This document shows, piece by piece, positions 1-9,866 of a DNA stretch of 64,000 bases. A program made the position numbers and the translations under genes. The stretch comes from Microgenomates group bacterium. GTDB lineage: Bacteria > Patescibacteriota > Microgenomatia > UBA12405. Under the pieces are notes generated by a model. It saw only the letters and a program-made list of their open reading frames with translations, searched no databases and was not told the origin of the DNA. Numbering within the stretch: position 1 is the stretch's first letter; every line of letters begins with the position of its first letter. The stretch spans positions 664,711-728,710 of the forward strand of contig JBAQNJ010000001.1 in the NCBI GenBank assembly GCA_049303675.1. The letters are read 5' to 3'.

Positions 1-1
1 C

Positions 2-1111
2 CATTATCTCATCCGCTCCAGCCGCTGGTTTAGCAATCCCTCACCTCTACCTACCTTTGTGTTACTGATTATGCTGCTTACTTACCATCTAATCAAATTC
101 AAAAAATTTGATTATCTGCCCCTAATTGCCCTTCTTTTAGGATTATCACTCCAACTCGAAGCTGCCTCGGCTGTCTTTTTTATTCCCATATTAATCACCA
201 TATTTTTACTAAATATCTCGGTCATCAAAAAAATAAAGCCACTCGACTGGCTCAAAAGCATCTTCGCTTTTTTCATCTTACTACTACCTCAATTAGCCTT
301 TGACATCAAAAACAATTTTTTTATTACCAAAAATTTACTCGGTTTTATTAGTGGCAGCGTTAATTCAGCTACTGGAAAAACTTGGGGTGTTCCCAACCTC
401 ACCTTTATCTTCGATCGATTCAAAATCTATTATCAATATTTATTTTCCAAAATCGATACCAATGTTACAGTATTTTCCCTCTTCTTTTTAGCCATTTTTT
501 TAGTCGGGACTTATCTTCTCTACCGTAAATATTCATCAGACGTATTTTTTCAGATTATTTTTTACTGGTTGGCAGTACCTCTATTTTTACTATTATTTTT
601 TGTCGGCAATTATGGCCAGCTTTACGACTATTATTTGACTGGTTTTTTCCCAGCATTTATCATCTTAATTTCGCTCACTTTTTCCCTATTATCATCCTCC
701 CTCGCCTATTTGTTATTGCCTCTATTTGCCATCTATTTCATTATGGGTAACATTCCTCAGTTATACCATTACCTTACCGACGGCATCGACGGACCAGAGA
801 ATATCGTCTTGGGCAATTCCCTTGCGGCACTCGACTTTGCCTGCGATCGCCATGCCCACACTGCTGCGGGTGACATTCAATTTTATGTTCCCCCCATTAC
901 TCCCTACACCTATGACTATTTGCTCAACTGGCGTTATCAAAATAATAAATGTCCACCTTTTACCAAAACCACAAATACAGTTTACGCACTATACGAAGTC
1001 GACCCAAACAATCCTCAAAATTTAGCCCAATGGTTTACTCGCTTTTCTACCTACAAACTACTCGGAGAAGAAAAGTTCGGCGGCGTCCGTGTCCGCACCT
1101 ATCGTAAATAA
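2..1111 (+). CDS. Polytopic membrane protein, C-terminal portion (5' end cut by window edge); possibly C-terminal half of a GT-C type membrane glycosyltransferase
   Basis: Reading frame is open from base 2 (no stop before the first ATG at 59), so the gene starts upstream of the window. Multiple hydrophobic helices followed by a ~130-aa hydrophilic C-terminal domain; weak resemblance of the C-terminal domain to that of the convergent 1445..2914 product. Confidence 0.45.
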   Translation, partial: HYLIRSSRWFSNPSPLPTFVLLIMLLTYHLIKFKKFDYLPLIALLLGLSLQLEAASAVFFIPILITIFLLNISVIKKIKPLDWLKSIFAFFILLLPQLAFDIKNNFFITKNLLGFISGSVNSATGKTWGVPNLTFIFDRFKIYYQYLFSKIDTNVTVFSLFFLAIFLVGTYLLYRKYSSDVFFQIIFYWLAVPLFLLLFFVGNYGQLYDYYLTGFFPAFIILISLTFSLLSSSLAYLLLPLFAIYFIMGNIPQLYHYLTDGIDGPENIVLGNSLAALDFACDRHAHTAAGDIQFYVPPITPYTYDYLLNWRYQNNKCPPFTKTTNTVYALYEVDPNNPQNLAQWFTRFSTYKLLGEEKFGGVRVRTYRK

Positions 1112-1140
1112 TTGACAAATCATCCTATAATATATATAAT
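1112..1140 (+). promoter_or_regulatory. Consensus sigma70-type promoter TTGACA(1112-1117)-17 nt-TATAAT(1135-1140), 6 nt upstream of ATG 1147 (leaderless or near-leaderless)
   Basis: Exact matches to both consensus hexamers with optimal 17-nt spacing, read directly. Lies immediately after the stop codon (1109-1111) of the upstream gene. Confidence 0.5.
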
Positions 1141-1146
1141 TTATAT

Positions 1147-1443
1147 ATGTCCGAATTCATTTCGACCTTACATTCAAAAAAATTATTTGGAGAATATGGG
1201 TTTGCCATTATTTCCATAAGCGGAACTGAACCAATACTAGCAAGACATAGTAGCCAAGTTACCTATTCTGTTCTTGAGGGTTATGTAGATATCACCACCG
1301 AGACTGAAACTCGTCATCTAACCCATGGTGAAAAGATTACCCTTGAGCCACATACCTACTACCGAAAATCAGGCACTGCCAAAATTATTGCCAGAGACCT
1401 GCCACCTTTTGATGAGGCTAGTTTAGAATATAAAACCAACTAG
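1147..1443 (+). CDS. Small cupin-fold protein (98 aa)
   Basis: ATG start, 98 aa. Spacing of H/E residues (H..LEG ... LEPHTYY) is compatible with the two-motif cupin signature. Has its own strong promoter. Confidence 0.4.
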   Translation: MSEFISTLHSKKLFGEYGFAIISISGTEPILARHSSQVTYSVLEGYVDITTETETRHLTHGEKITLEPHTYYRKSGTAKIIARDLPPFDEASLEYKTN

Positions 1444-1444
1444 T

Positions 1445-2914
1445 TTACTCTGTATAACCCAACAATGGATCGAGTTGATACTCTGATTTCTCGCAATTTG
1501 CGCTAGAGATATTTTTCTCCACCGGCAGGACAATCCCAAATCTCCCCCAACGAGTCGACTCTTCGCTGGCACTTATTTGCCAGGGGATGGCAATGTTGTA
1601 AACAGGGATCTCTGGAGTACCCGCCTTCACCAAATTCAGTCCGTGATACCAAGACAGATATCTAAATCCCACTCCCGCCCCAGGGTCAGCTATAAAATTA
1701 ATCGCCACACATTTATATCCATTCTTTACCGAATCTTGTTTGATATATTCCACCACCTTATTTCTATAATAATACGAATTATCTACGTCACTTTTACCCA
1801 CCAACCAGTAGCCATTAATCAGCAAATAGCCCAGACCTATTGCTATCAAAATTTTATTATCAATTTTTTCCAAATACAGGCTAATTAATACCACATAAAT
1901 TGGCACTAAATTTGTAAAATAATACTCGGATACTACCCTTTTTGATCTAAACTGAACTAGCAATATCATTAGCACCCATCCAATCATCAGCCAAATTTTG
2001 TTTTTATTCTCTCGTGTTTTTGGCCACACCATCGCCGTACATATAGCCACTATCGACCACATTAATAGGGGATTACTCATACTCAGTCCAAAAAATATCC
2101 TTTGGGAAAACTCGACCCCAGCCGCATCGGTCACCTTTAACCACTTTTGTATCCCTCGTGGTCCATTCCAATCTTGATTTATCCCCACCAACATACTCTT
2201 CGTCTGGCTAAAGTTATGTTTTACCTCAAAAACGACAAAGGGTGAAATAGTTATCAAGAAAATCACTAATGACATCAAAACAATTTTCAAATTATTTTTA
2301 TTCCATAAATATGAAAATTTGTTTTTACCCACAAAATAAGCCATTATTGGTAATGGCAATATTGGGATCAGGGCAATATGTAATTGCCAGACAAATCCAC
2401 ATAAAAATCCATAAAGCGGTAGATACTTTAAATTACCCTTCAGTAATCCCATTATTGTTGCCAAGAACCAAATCGACCACAACAATGTTGGTTCAGTTGG
2501 CACCGACCACATATCAAAGACAGCCATCCCATACGAGCAGCAATATATGAATCCAGCAATCACGCCTGCCCTCAATCCAAAGTTAATCTTAACTACCCAA
2601 TATATACTATATATACTGGCCAAACCAATCACTAATAGGGGAATACTCGCCGCCAGTGGGTTCATCCCCCCCACCGCATAAAATATAGCCATGACATAAT
2701 AGTAGAAACTGCCAATAAACACTCCCTCAACACTGGTGATCTGTCCCACCAGACGATTGTGGTGGTTTACCAAAATATCCTTAGCAATCCACGAATACAA
2801 GTCCTGATCATGAGCAAACGAAAATGATCTCTCAAAGTTATAAAGTCTAAATATCAACCCAATTATCAACCATAAAAATATTCCCCAGCCCGCGATTTTT
2901 ATATTCACTTTCAT
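1445..2914 (-). CDS. Integral membrane glycosyltransferase-like protein (GT-C fold candidate, ArnT/PMT-like topology; loop motif HDQD instead of DE)
   Basis: 489 aa, about 11-13 predicted TM helices. First extracytoplasmic loop has AHDQDLY after TM1. Has a C-terminal soluble domain. ATG at 2914. Confidence 0.45.
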   Translation of the reverse strand: MKVNIKIAGWGIFLWLIIGLIFRLYNFERSFSFAHDQDLYSWIAKDILVNHHNRLVGQITSVEGVFIGSFYYYVMAIFYAVGGMNPLAASIPLLVIGLASIYSIYWVVKINFGLRAGVIAGFIYCCSYGMAVFDMWSVPTEPTLLWSIWFLATIMGLLKGNLKYLPLYGFLCGFVWQLHIALIPILPLPIMAYFVGKNKFSYLWNKNNLKIVLMSLVIFLITISPFVVFEVKHNFSQTKSMLVGINQDWNGPRGIQKWLKVTDAAGVEFSQRIFFGLSMSNPLLMWSIVAICTAMVWPKTRENKNKIWLMIGWVLMILLVQFRSKRVVSEYYFTNLVPIYVVLISLYLEKIDNKILIAIGLGYLLINGYWLVGKSDVDNSYYYRNKVVEYIKQDSVKNGYKCVAINFIADPGAGVGFRYLSWYHGLNLVKAGTPEIPVYNIAIPWQISASEESTRWGRFGIVLPVEKNISSANCEKSEYQLDPLLGYTE

Positions 2915-2944
2915 AAAATCATCTTACCACGTATAATCATTCTT
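2915..2944. promoter_or_regulatory. 30-bp divergent intergenic region with TATAAT (2932-2937) 7 nt before ATG 2945 and TAAGAT-like box (2926..2921 on - strand) 6 nt before ATG 2914
   Basis: Hexamers read directly. There is no room for a 5' UTR or Shine-Dalgarno on either side. Confidence 0.35.
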
Positions 2945-3706
2945 ATGACTCCAATCAGCATCGTTATGTCCTGTTACAACGAGGAAAATAATCTAAAAAG
3001 GGGAGTCCTCCAAGAATTGTCCGACTATCTCCAAAAACAACCCTACTCATGGGAGGTGATTATCTCCAACGATGTTTCTACCGACAACAGCTATCAACTT
3101 TTATTAGCTTTTGCCCAAAAACATCCCCATTTTAAAATATACAACCTCTCCAAAAAAGGCGGTAAGCCAGGCGGCATCTGGCATAGTATCCAAAAGGCGC
3201 AATATCCCTACGTTCTCATGACCGATATCGATCAGTCTACCCCCATCAAAGAAATCGAAAAATTCTTACCATTTTTACCCGCCAACGAGGTTGTCATTGG
3301 TTCTCGAGGCCTCCACCGAGAGGGCAATTCCTTTCTCCGCCGAATTGGTGGGCCAGTTTTTCTCTCTCTTCGCCGACTAGTTATCTTACCCCAAATTATC
3401 GACACCCAGTGTGGTTTCAAACTACTCAAAACCGAGGTGGCTAAAATACTTTTTCCCCATCTCCAATTTTTTCGCAAAGAGAAAAATCCCACTGGTTGGC
3501 GAGTGTCCGCCTTTGATGTCGAGCTTCTCTTCATGGCCCAAAAATGGGGTTATAAAATTAAAGAAGTCGAAATTGACTGGCGCAATGAAGACACCAGCAA
3601 TACCAAAGGCGACGACACTCTCCGCTACAAAAATGAGTCATTGCAAATGATTCAGGAAATAATTAGAGTCAAAAAAAATGATCTCCAGGGTCTCTATGAA
3701 AAATAA
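2945..3706 (+). CDS. Polyprenol-phosphate (dolichol-phosphate-type) sugar synthase, GT2 family, Dpm1/GtrB/ArnC-like
   Basis: N-terminal ISIVMSCYNEE GT2 start. DxD region (MTDIDQS). Motif DTQCGFKLL is characteristic of Dpm1/GtrB-type polyprenyl-phosphate glycosyltransferases. 253 aa, no C-terminal TM. Confidence 0.65.
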   Translation: MTPISIVMSCYNEENNLKRGVLQELSDYLQKQPYSWEVIISNDVSTDNSYQLLLAFAQKHPHFKIYNLSKKGGKPGGIWHSIQKAQYPYVLMTDIDQSTPIKEIEKFLPFLPANEVVIGSRGLHREGNSFLRRIGGPVFLSLRRLVILPQIIDTQCGFKLLKTEVAKILFPHLQFFRKEKNPTGWRVSAFDVELLFMAQKWGYKIKEVEIDWRNEDTSNTKGDDTLRYKNESLQMIQEIIRVKKNDLQGLYEK

Positions 3707-5138
3707 ATTTCATCTCGAAGTTATCATCATCGCCATTTTTACCTTACTCTATTTTGCCAGCCGCTTACAAAATCTCACTGCCATTCCTGTATTTGGCGAT
3801 GAGGCAATTTATCTGCGCTGGTCACAAATTATCAAAAGTGTTGACACCCTCCGTTTTATTCCCCAAACTGACGGCAAGCAACCCTTATTCATGTGGTTAA
3901 CTGTTATCCTCTACAAATTTGTTCATGATCCTCTAACTGCCGGTCGTCTAGTTTCAGTTTTTTCCGGCTATCTCAATCTGGCGACAATCTACTTCATCTG
4001 TCGCTATTTTTTTAGTTGGCGCCTTGCAATATTGAGTTCAATTCTTTACCTTTGTTTACCCTTTACCTTCTTTTTTGATCGGCTAGCTCTGCCAGACAAC
4101 TTGTTATCCACTCTCGGTACCCTGTCCCTACTGTTTTCACTATTATTAGCCAAGTATCCTCGGCTAGATTTGGCCTTCATTTTAGGTACACTTCTGGGTC
4201 TTGCTTGGCTCACCAAGTCGCCCGCCATCTACTTTATTACCCTTTCCCTATTTACCTTTATATTTTTTAGACCCGATAATTATAAAAAAATATATTTACC
4301 ACTTGCGTCCATCTTAATATCTGTGGCTATTTACAACATCCTTCGGCTCGGACCACAGTTTGGCCAAATTGCTCTTCGCAATCGTGATTATATCTGGTCT
4401 TTGAGTGAACTAATCCACCACCCCTTTGATCCTTTTGTTCCCCATCTCAAAGACTTATTAATCATCTACTGGCAATATCTTACTTGGCCAATCATCTTCA
4501 TATCATTCTTCGGATTAATATCCCGCTTTCGGAAACTCAATCAAACTCACTTTATAATTTTTTGTTGGTTTATCCTCCCCTTACTTGCCAATCTGGCCAT
4601 AGCTAAAGTATTTACTGCTAGATATATATTATTTACCATTCCCCCACTTATCATTCTCCTGACAGCTACCCTATCCTATTTTAATAACTATTTACTGCTC
4701 CTCATCTTTATTCCTTCTTTATTTTTTAATTACCAAATATCCACTTCACCTTTCAAAACCAAGCTCTATATCAGCGAGGCCGGCTATCTAAAATCATGGA
4801 CCTCTGGTTGGGGGATTGAGCCAGCTGCTCGATATCTTATCCAGCGATCCCTAGTCGCCAACGTTATTGTCGGTACCGAAGGCTATTTTGGCACCCTACC
4901 TGACGGCCTGCAAATTTATACTAATCAATTGTCCCAATTAACTGTCTTTGGTGTGGGAATTGATATCGTCAAAATTCCTGAAAAACTACTCGATGCCCGA
5001 AATCACGGCGATGAAGTCTATCTTCTCTTCAATAAATCTCGTCTCAGACTACCTCCCAGTGAACTAGTTCAGCTCACTCTGATCACAGCCTTCGACAAGC
5101 CAGATGGCGATCAATTATTACTCCTCAAACTAAACTAA
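3678..5138 (+). CDS. ArnT/PMT_2-family (GT39/GT83-like) GT-C membrane glycosyltransferase
   Basis: 486 aa polytopic protein. Loop-1 motif FGDEAIYLRW (the conserved DE of lipid-phosphate-sugar-dependent GT-C enzymes). ATG 3678 overlaps the upstream gene by 29 nt. Confidence 0.55.
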   Translation: MISRVSMKNKFHLEVIIIAIFTLLYFASRLQNLTAIPVFGDEAIYLRWSQIIKSVDTLRFIPQTDGKQPLFMWLTVILYKFVHDPLTAGRLVSVFSGYLNLATIYFICRYFFSWRLAILSSILYLCLPFTFFFDRLALPDNLLSTLGTLSLLFSLLLAKYPRLDLAFILGTLLGLAWLTKSPAIYFITLSLFTFIFFRPDNYKKIYLPLASILISVAIYNILRLGPQFGQIALRNRDYIWSLSELIHHPFDPFVPHLKDLLIIYWQYLTWPIIFISFFGLISRFRKLNQTHFIIFCWFILPLLANLAIAKVFTARYILFTIPPLIILLTATLSYFNNYLLLLIFIPSLFFNYQISTSPFKTKLYISEAGYLKSWTSGWGIEPAARYLIQRSLVANVIVGTEGYFGTLPDGLQIYTNQLSQLTVFGVGIDIVKIPEKLLDARNHGDEVYLLFNKSRLRLPPSELVQLTLITAFDKPDGDQLLLLKLN

Positions 5139-5140
5139 CT

Positions 5141-6835
5141 ATGCCCCCAAAGCAGAGACCACTTATCATTTTACTTATTCTCATCATCCCCAGTATTTTC
5201 TTTTTTTTGAAGCCAGGGCTATATTGGAACATGCACGACGACATGCAATTAATCCGCCAGTTGGAGTTAGAAAAATGTTTAAATGATGGTCAAATTCCCT
5301 GCCGCTGGACCCCAGATCTGGGCTATGGTTATGGCTATCCCTTATTCAACTTTTACCCACCGCTTCCCTATGCCGTTGGGACTCTTTTTAGGGCCACCGG
5401 TTTCACATTTATTACTACCATCAAGCTCACTGCTGCCCTCCAATTCATTTTTGCCGCTGTCGGGATGTATCTTCTCGCCGCTACTTTCTATGGACCAATC
5501 GGCGGTCTTATTTCCGGACTTCTCTACACCTACGCTCCTTATCATGCAGTCAATGTCTATATTAGGGGAGCCATGAACGAGGCTTGGGCTTCGGTTTTTT
5601 TCCCATTCATCTTTTATTTTGCCTACTTGGCTATCTACCGACAAAAAAGGGTATACTATTTACTATTGTCCCTAAGTTACGCCCTTCTCTTACTTTCTCA
5701 CAACCCTATGGCCCTGACATTTAGTCCGTTTCTCGGCTGCTGGATTCTCTACCACCTCTATCAATCACACCAGTTATCCAATCTAAAAATATATTTTAGT
5801 CTGTTTTTCTCACTGCTTGGATCGTTATGTCTTTCGGCCTACTTTTCTCTACCAGTGATTTTTGAAAGTCCGCTAGTCCAGATCGAAACAATGTTCCAAA
5901 ACTATTATTATTATTCGATTCACTTTGCCTCATTTTATCAACTGTTTATCAGTAACTTTTGGGGAGATGGTCCTTCTGTCTGGGGCACTCAAGATGGTAT
6001 GCCCTTCTCCCTCGGCTACTTACTTTCACTGATTTCCCTAACCAGTTTTATACTTTCCCTTTATTCCTATTACCGCACCAAAAAAATAAACCATTTAATA
6101 TTTATATTATTTCCCCTATCAGTTTTTAGTATTTTTCTGGCCCACGAACGGTCTACTTTTATTTGGAAGCTATTTCCTCTCATCCAAAAAATTCAATTCC
6201 CTTGGCGGTTTCTCAATATCTCTACATTTTTATTTTCCTTACTTGCTGGATCAATTATTCTCCATTTTCATCACCGAAACAATTTAAAAATATACTTGCT
6301 TGCCGCTATTATTGTGGTCACCAGCCTCATTGATCTTCGTCATTTTTACCCAGTTACTTCAGGACCAATCACTGACTCTCAGAAATTTTCTGGACTTGCC
6401 TGGACCAATCAGGTCACTGGTGGCATTTATGATTATCTACCCCAGACTGCCCCCACTGCTCCTAGGTCCCCGGCCGCCCCATACCTCGATAGTCTCGATC
6501 CAGCCGCCACCAAATATAGCTTAACTGGTCAAAAAAAGGGGACAGACTGGCTATTTTTTAATATTTCTCTTGCTAATTCCGCCACTATTTCCCTTCCCGT
6601 ATTATATTTCCCCAACTTTAAACTAATAGTCGACAATATCGACACTCCCATTATCCCCGACAGTCAATTAGGCCGGATAAGTTTCAAATTAAATTCAGGT
6701 AACCATCAGGTATATCTAAAATTACACGACACTCCTATTAGATCAATTGGCAACACAATTTCCCTTTTTTCTATTCTGCTATTTATCTATCTATTTATCA
6801 CCACTTTATGGAATCAGAGGAAATTGAAGCCATAA
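5141..6835 (+). CDS. GT-C-like membrane protein of the '6-pyruvoyl-tetrahydropterin synthase-related' (PTPS_related/YfhO-clan) type
   Basis: 564 aa. N-terminal TM then loop HDDMQLIRQLELEKCLNDGQIPCRWTPDLGYGYGYPLFNFYPPLPY. Clear paralog of 25625..27220. Many TM helices. Confidence 0.5.
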   Translation: MPPKQRPLIILLILIIPSIFFFLKPGLYWNMHDDMQLIRQLELEKCLNDGQIPCRWTPDLGYGYGYPLFNFYPPLPYAVGTLFRATGFTFITTIKLTAALQFIFAAVGMYLLAATFYGPIGGLISGLLYTYAPYHAVNVYIRGAMNEAWASVFFPFIFYFAYLAIYRQKRVYYLLLSLSYALLLLSHNPMALTFSPFLGCWILYHLYQSHQLSNLKIYFSLFFSLLGSLCLSAYFSLPVIFESPLVQIETMFQNYYYYSIHFASFYQLFISNFWGDGPSVWGTQDGMPFSLGYLLSLISLTSFILSLYSYYRTKKINHLIFILFPLSVFSIFLAHERSTFIWKLFPLIQKIQFPWRFLNISTFLFSLLAGSIILHFHHRNNLKIYLLAAIIVVTSLIDLRHFYPVTSGPITDSQKFSGLAWTNQVTGGIYDYLPQTAPTAPRSPAAPYLDSLDPAATKYSLTGQKKGTDWLFFNISLANSATISLPVLYFPNFKLIVDNIDTPIIPDSQLGRISFKLNSGNHQVYLKLHDTPIRSIGNTISLFSILLFIYLFITTLWNQRKLKP

Positions 6836-8253
6836 AGGCCAAAACCACTACTAGCATCATCTTCCTAACCTTTCGCAATATTGGGATTCAGGCCATCTCC
6901 ATGCTCGGGTTTTTTCTCCTGACAATTTTACTTGGCACTGCGGAAATTGGCCTATTTGCCATTGTCGCCGAATCAGTTTCCATTTTGGGATATTTTTCTG
7001 ATGTTGGTTTAGCCCCAACTCTAATCCAACAAAAAGCCAAGCCCACCATCGAGCAATTGCGCACTACCTTCCTTATCCAACAAATATTAGTCATCGTTGC
7101 CCTGATAACAGTCTCCATCATCTATCCCTCCATCAGCACCTCACGTCACTATGGCTCAAAAGAATTGTGGATCACCGTTTCTCTTTGTTTTGCTTTTCTG
7201 GCAGCCTCATTAAAAACTATCCCCTCAATCTTACTCGAGCGTGAATTAAATTTTAAGCTACTTTCTACAATCGATATAATCGAAAACATCACTTTTTATT
7301 TTGTCGCCGTTATCTTTGCCCTCTGGGGTTACGGTGCGTTTTCATATGCCATTGCCACTTTTGTCAGAAGTATTTTAGGCCTAGTAATTATTTATATATA
7401 TAGTTGGTGGCCAGTAGGACTATATTTCTCCCTCGACACCACCAAAGCCTTGTTCAAATACGGCATTCCCTTTCAGCTAAATTCATTTATTGCTATGGCC
7501 AAGGACAGATTATCCAACATTCTTGTTGCCGGTATCATTGGCCGTGAATCATTTGGATTGCTCGCTTGGGCCCAAAAAGGTCCCCGAATCCCTCTCAGTT
7601 TCATGGACGCTATTATGAAAGTCACTTTCCCTACCTTTGCCCGAATTCAAGATGAGGCACTTCTTCTCCAAAAATCGTTATCTAGGAGTATATTTTTTAT
7701 CGCTTTAGTTGTTTTTCCCCTCCTAGCAGGCATTTCGGTTGTCGCCCCTGATCTAATTTTACTCATTCCCAAATATTCCAAATGGTCGCCCGCCATTTTC
7801 CCCATGTATCTCTTTGCCATAAGTGCTGCTATCGCTGCTGTCACCACCCCGCTAACCAATGCCTTTAATGCAGTAGGTAAAATTGCCATCACTACCAAAC
7901 TTATGATTATGTGGACTATTTTGACATGGCTTACCTTTCCCATCCTCAGTCATCTCTATGGATTTAGAGGTACCAGTGTCGCCAACCTTCTAGTTGGTCT
8001 CAGTTCTGTTGTAGTTTGGGTTATCGCCCATCGTATTTTTAATATGAACGTACTTACCACCATTTTTCATCCGCTCATCGGCACAAGCTTACTGTTAATT
8101 TCCACTATTTACCTAAACCACTTTTTGTTTGCCCCTTTTTTATCGATCTCCTTAAAAATAATTATTGGCACCCTCGTTTATACCCTCTATTTGTACTATT
8201 TTTGTCATCCCGACATAAAATGGTTTTTTAATCAACTAAAATGGCCAAAGTAA
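6808..8253 (+). CDS. wzx: Wzx-type oligosaccharide/polysaccharide flippase (MOP superfamily)
   Basis: 481 aa, about 12-14 TM. N-terminal pattern (NIGIQAISMLGFFLLTILLG...GLFAIV) is typical of polysaccharide biosynthesis/flippase family proteins. Confidence 0.6.
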   Translation: MESEEIEAIKAKTTTSIIFLTFRNIGIQAISMLGFFLLTILLGTAEIGLFAIVAESVSILGYFSDVGLAPTLIQQKAKPTIEQLRTTFLIQQILVIVALITVSIIYPSISTSRHYGSKELWITVSLCFAFLAASLKTIPSILLERELNFKLLSTIDIIENITFYFVAVIFALWGYGAFSYAIATFVRSILGLVIIYIYSWWPVGLYFSLDTTKALFKYGIPFQLNSFIAMAKDRLSNILVAGIIGRESFGLLAWAQKGPRIPLSFMDAIMKVTFPTFARIQDEALLLQKSLSRSIFFIALVVFPLLAGISVVAPDLILLIPKYSKWSPAIFPMYLFAISAAIAAVTTPLTNAFNAVGKIAITTKLMIMWTILTWLTFPILSHLYGFRGTSVANLLVGLSSVVVWVIAHRIFNMNVLTTIFHPLIGTSLLLISTIYLNHFLFAPFLSISLKIIIGTLVYTLYLYYFCHPDIKWFFNQLKWPK

Positions 8254-9866
8254 AAACTATTTTTACCTATCTTATTTTTATCGCCTGCGTTTTTGCTCAA
8301 ATCCTCCCGCTAGTCAGAAGTGGTCTAAGTTATCCCTATGGGATTGGTTTCTGGGGACCCAATGGTCATGATGCAGTTTGGCATCTTAGTCTAATCAACC
8401 ATATCACCACCCCCACCAATATCCCCATGCCCATCTACGCCGGTCAAAAACTCACTAATTACCATCCTTTTTACGACATCCTCATCCATTATCTAAATAT
8501 TCTAACCCATCTACCCACCTCGATCCTCTATTTCCAAGTATTCCCCGTCATCTCTACCATTCTATTTTTATATCTCAGTTATCGACTAGGAGGCACCTAT
8601 CTTCTCCTTCTCAATACTTTTGCCAATTCTCTTGGCTGGATAGTCACCCTTATTAAATCAGGATCTTTTGCCGGCGAGACAGTCTTCTGGTCAATGCAAT
8701 CGCCCTCAAATCAAATCAATCCACCCTATATCTTATCAATTATTTTTTTATTACAACTTTTATTAATTCTCAAAACCAAATATAAAACAGGTGTTCTTAC
8801 CATTCAAAATTCCCTCACCATCTTTTTAATTTTAGTACTCTTACCAGTTACCAAAGTATATGGCGCCATAATCGGGTTTTCCTTATACAGCGTCTTCACA
8901 ATTTACCATCTCTATATTCACAAAAAATTCTCAAATTTATGGTTACTTATTTTTTCCATTATCACTTCTTACTACCTATTTTCCGTTTACAACCAAAACG
9001 CTTCTTCACTCTTAGTATTCCAACCATTTTGGTTTATTGACTCCATGTTTACCTCCCCCGATCGTCTATTTTTCCCTATTTTTTCGCGTTTACTATTTGG
9101 TCCACATCGTCTAATTTTCGAGCTGTTTGGTATTGGTGTCTTTATCATTGGTAATTTTGGTTTTCGTTTATTGGGATTTTTTCAAAAAAAAATATATTCT
9201 GATTTTTACTATTTATCTATAATATTTTCGATTTTTATAGCTACTTTACTGCCGATATTATTTATTCAGAAAGGCACCAACTGGAATACCATCCAATTCG
9301 TCTATTATGCTCTCATCCTGTCAAACATTTTATTTGCCCAGATACTTCCCCAATTATCAAAGCTAGTTGTAATTTTTATTTTTTCTACTTATTTTTTAAC
9401 CTATATTGCTACCTCACCCAATTATTTAGGCAAAATCCCCCCCGCCGCTCTACCTTATTCCGAGCTCAATGCCCTTCAATTTTTGAAACAGCAACCTCCG
9501 GGTGCTGTTCTCACCTACCCCTATGATCCCCATCTAAGATCACAATTTACCAGTACGCCCCTACCCCTCTATGCCTATGAGACTTCATCCTATGTCTCTG
9601 CTTATAGTACTCACTCCACTTTTCTGGAAGATGAAATGAACCTCCAGAACTCAGGCTACGATGTCAACCTTCGTCGCCAGGCTAGTCTGGCATTCTTCAA
9701 ACAAGAGAATATCTATCAAGATCGGGGATTTTTAGTCAACAACGATATTTCCTATATATATCTGGCTGGGCTGCAATTAGCCAAAACATCACTAAATACC
9801 CAGGATTTATATATAGTACCCCTCTATAATCAAGACAACGTAGTCATCTACAAAGTCCTAAAATGA
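8241..9866 (+). CDS. Polytopic membrane protein, unknown family (candidate polymerase or GT-C by position after wzx)
   Basis: 541 aa, about 12 or more TM. Stop/start overlap with wzx. Conserved-looking loop GPNGHDAVWHL. Contains an A9 tract (9184-9192). Confidence 0.4.
   Translation: MAKVKTIFTYLIFIACVFAQILPLVRSGLSYPYGIGFWGPNGHDAVWHLSLINHITTPTNIPMPIYAGQKLTNYHPFYDILIHYLNILTHLPTSILYFQVFPVISTILFLYLSYRLGGTYLLLLNTFANSLGWIVTLIKSGSFAGETVFWSMQSPSNQINPPYILSIIFLLQLLLILKTKYKTGVLTIQNSLTIFLILVLLPVTKVYGAIIGFSLYSVFTIYHLYIHKKFSNLWLLIFSIITSYYLFSVYNQNASSLLVFQPFWFIDSMFTSPDRLFFPIFSRLLFGPHRLIFELFGIGVFIIGNFGFRLLGFFQKKIYSDFYYLSIIFSIFIATLLPILFIQKGTNWNTIQFVYYALILSNILFAQILPQLSKLVVIFIFSTYFLTYIATSPNYLGKIPPAALPYSELNALQFLKQQPPGAVLTYPYDPHLRSQFTSTPLPLYAYETSSYVSAYSTHSTFLEDEMNLQNSGYDVNLRRQASLAFFKQENIYQDRGFLVNNDISYIYLAGLQLAKTSLNTQDLYIVPLYNQDNVVIYKVLK

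Noticed and set aside
300-1025. Internal and antisense small ORFs from the six-frame track (for example 300..491, 726..1025, 1577..1888, 3232..3534, 18097..18391, 19464..19860, 51717..52154)
   Set aside because: Each lies wholly inside a longer ORF on the same or opposite strand that has recognisable domain motifs. None has a start-proximal -10 box. They are byproducts of low GC content.
1112-1131. Alternative pairing of TTGACA (1112-1117) with the nearer TATAAT at 1126-1131
   Set aside because: Spacer would be only 8 nt. The TATAAT at 1135-1140 gives the canonical 17-nt spacer and the same 6-nt distance to ATG seen at other genes.
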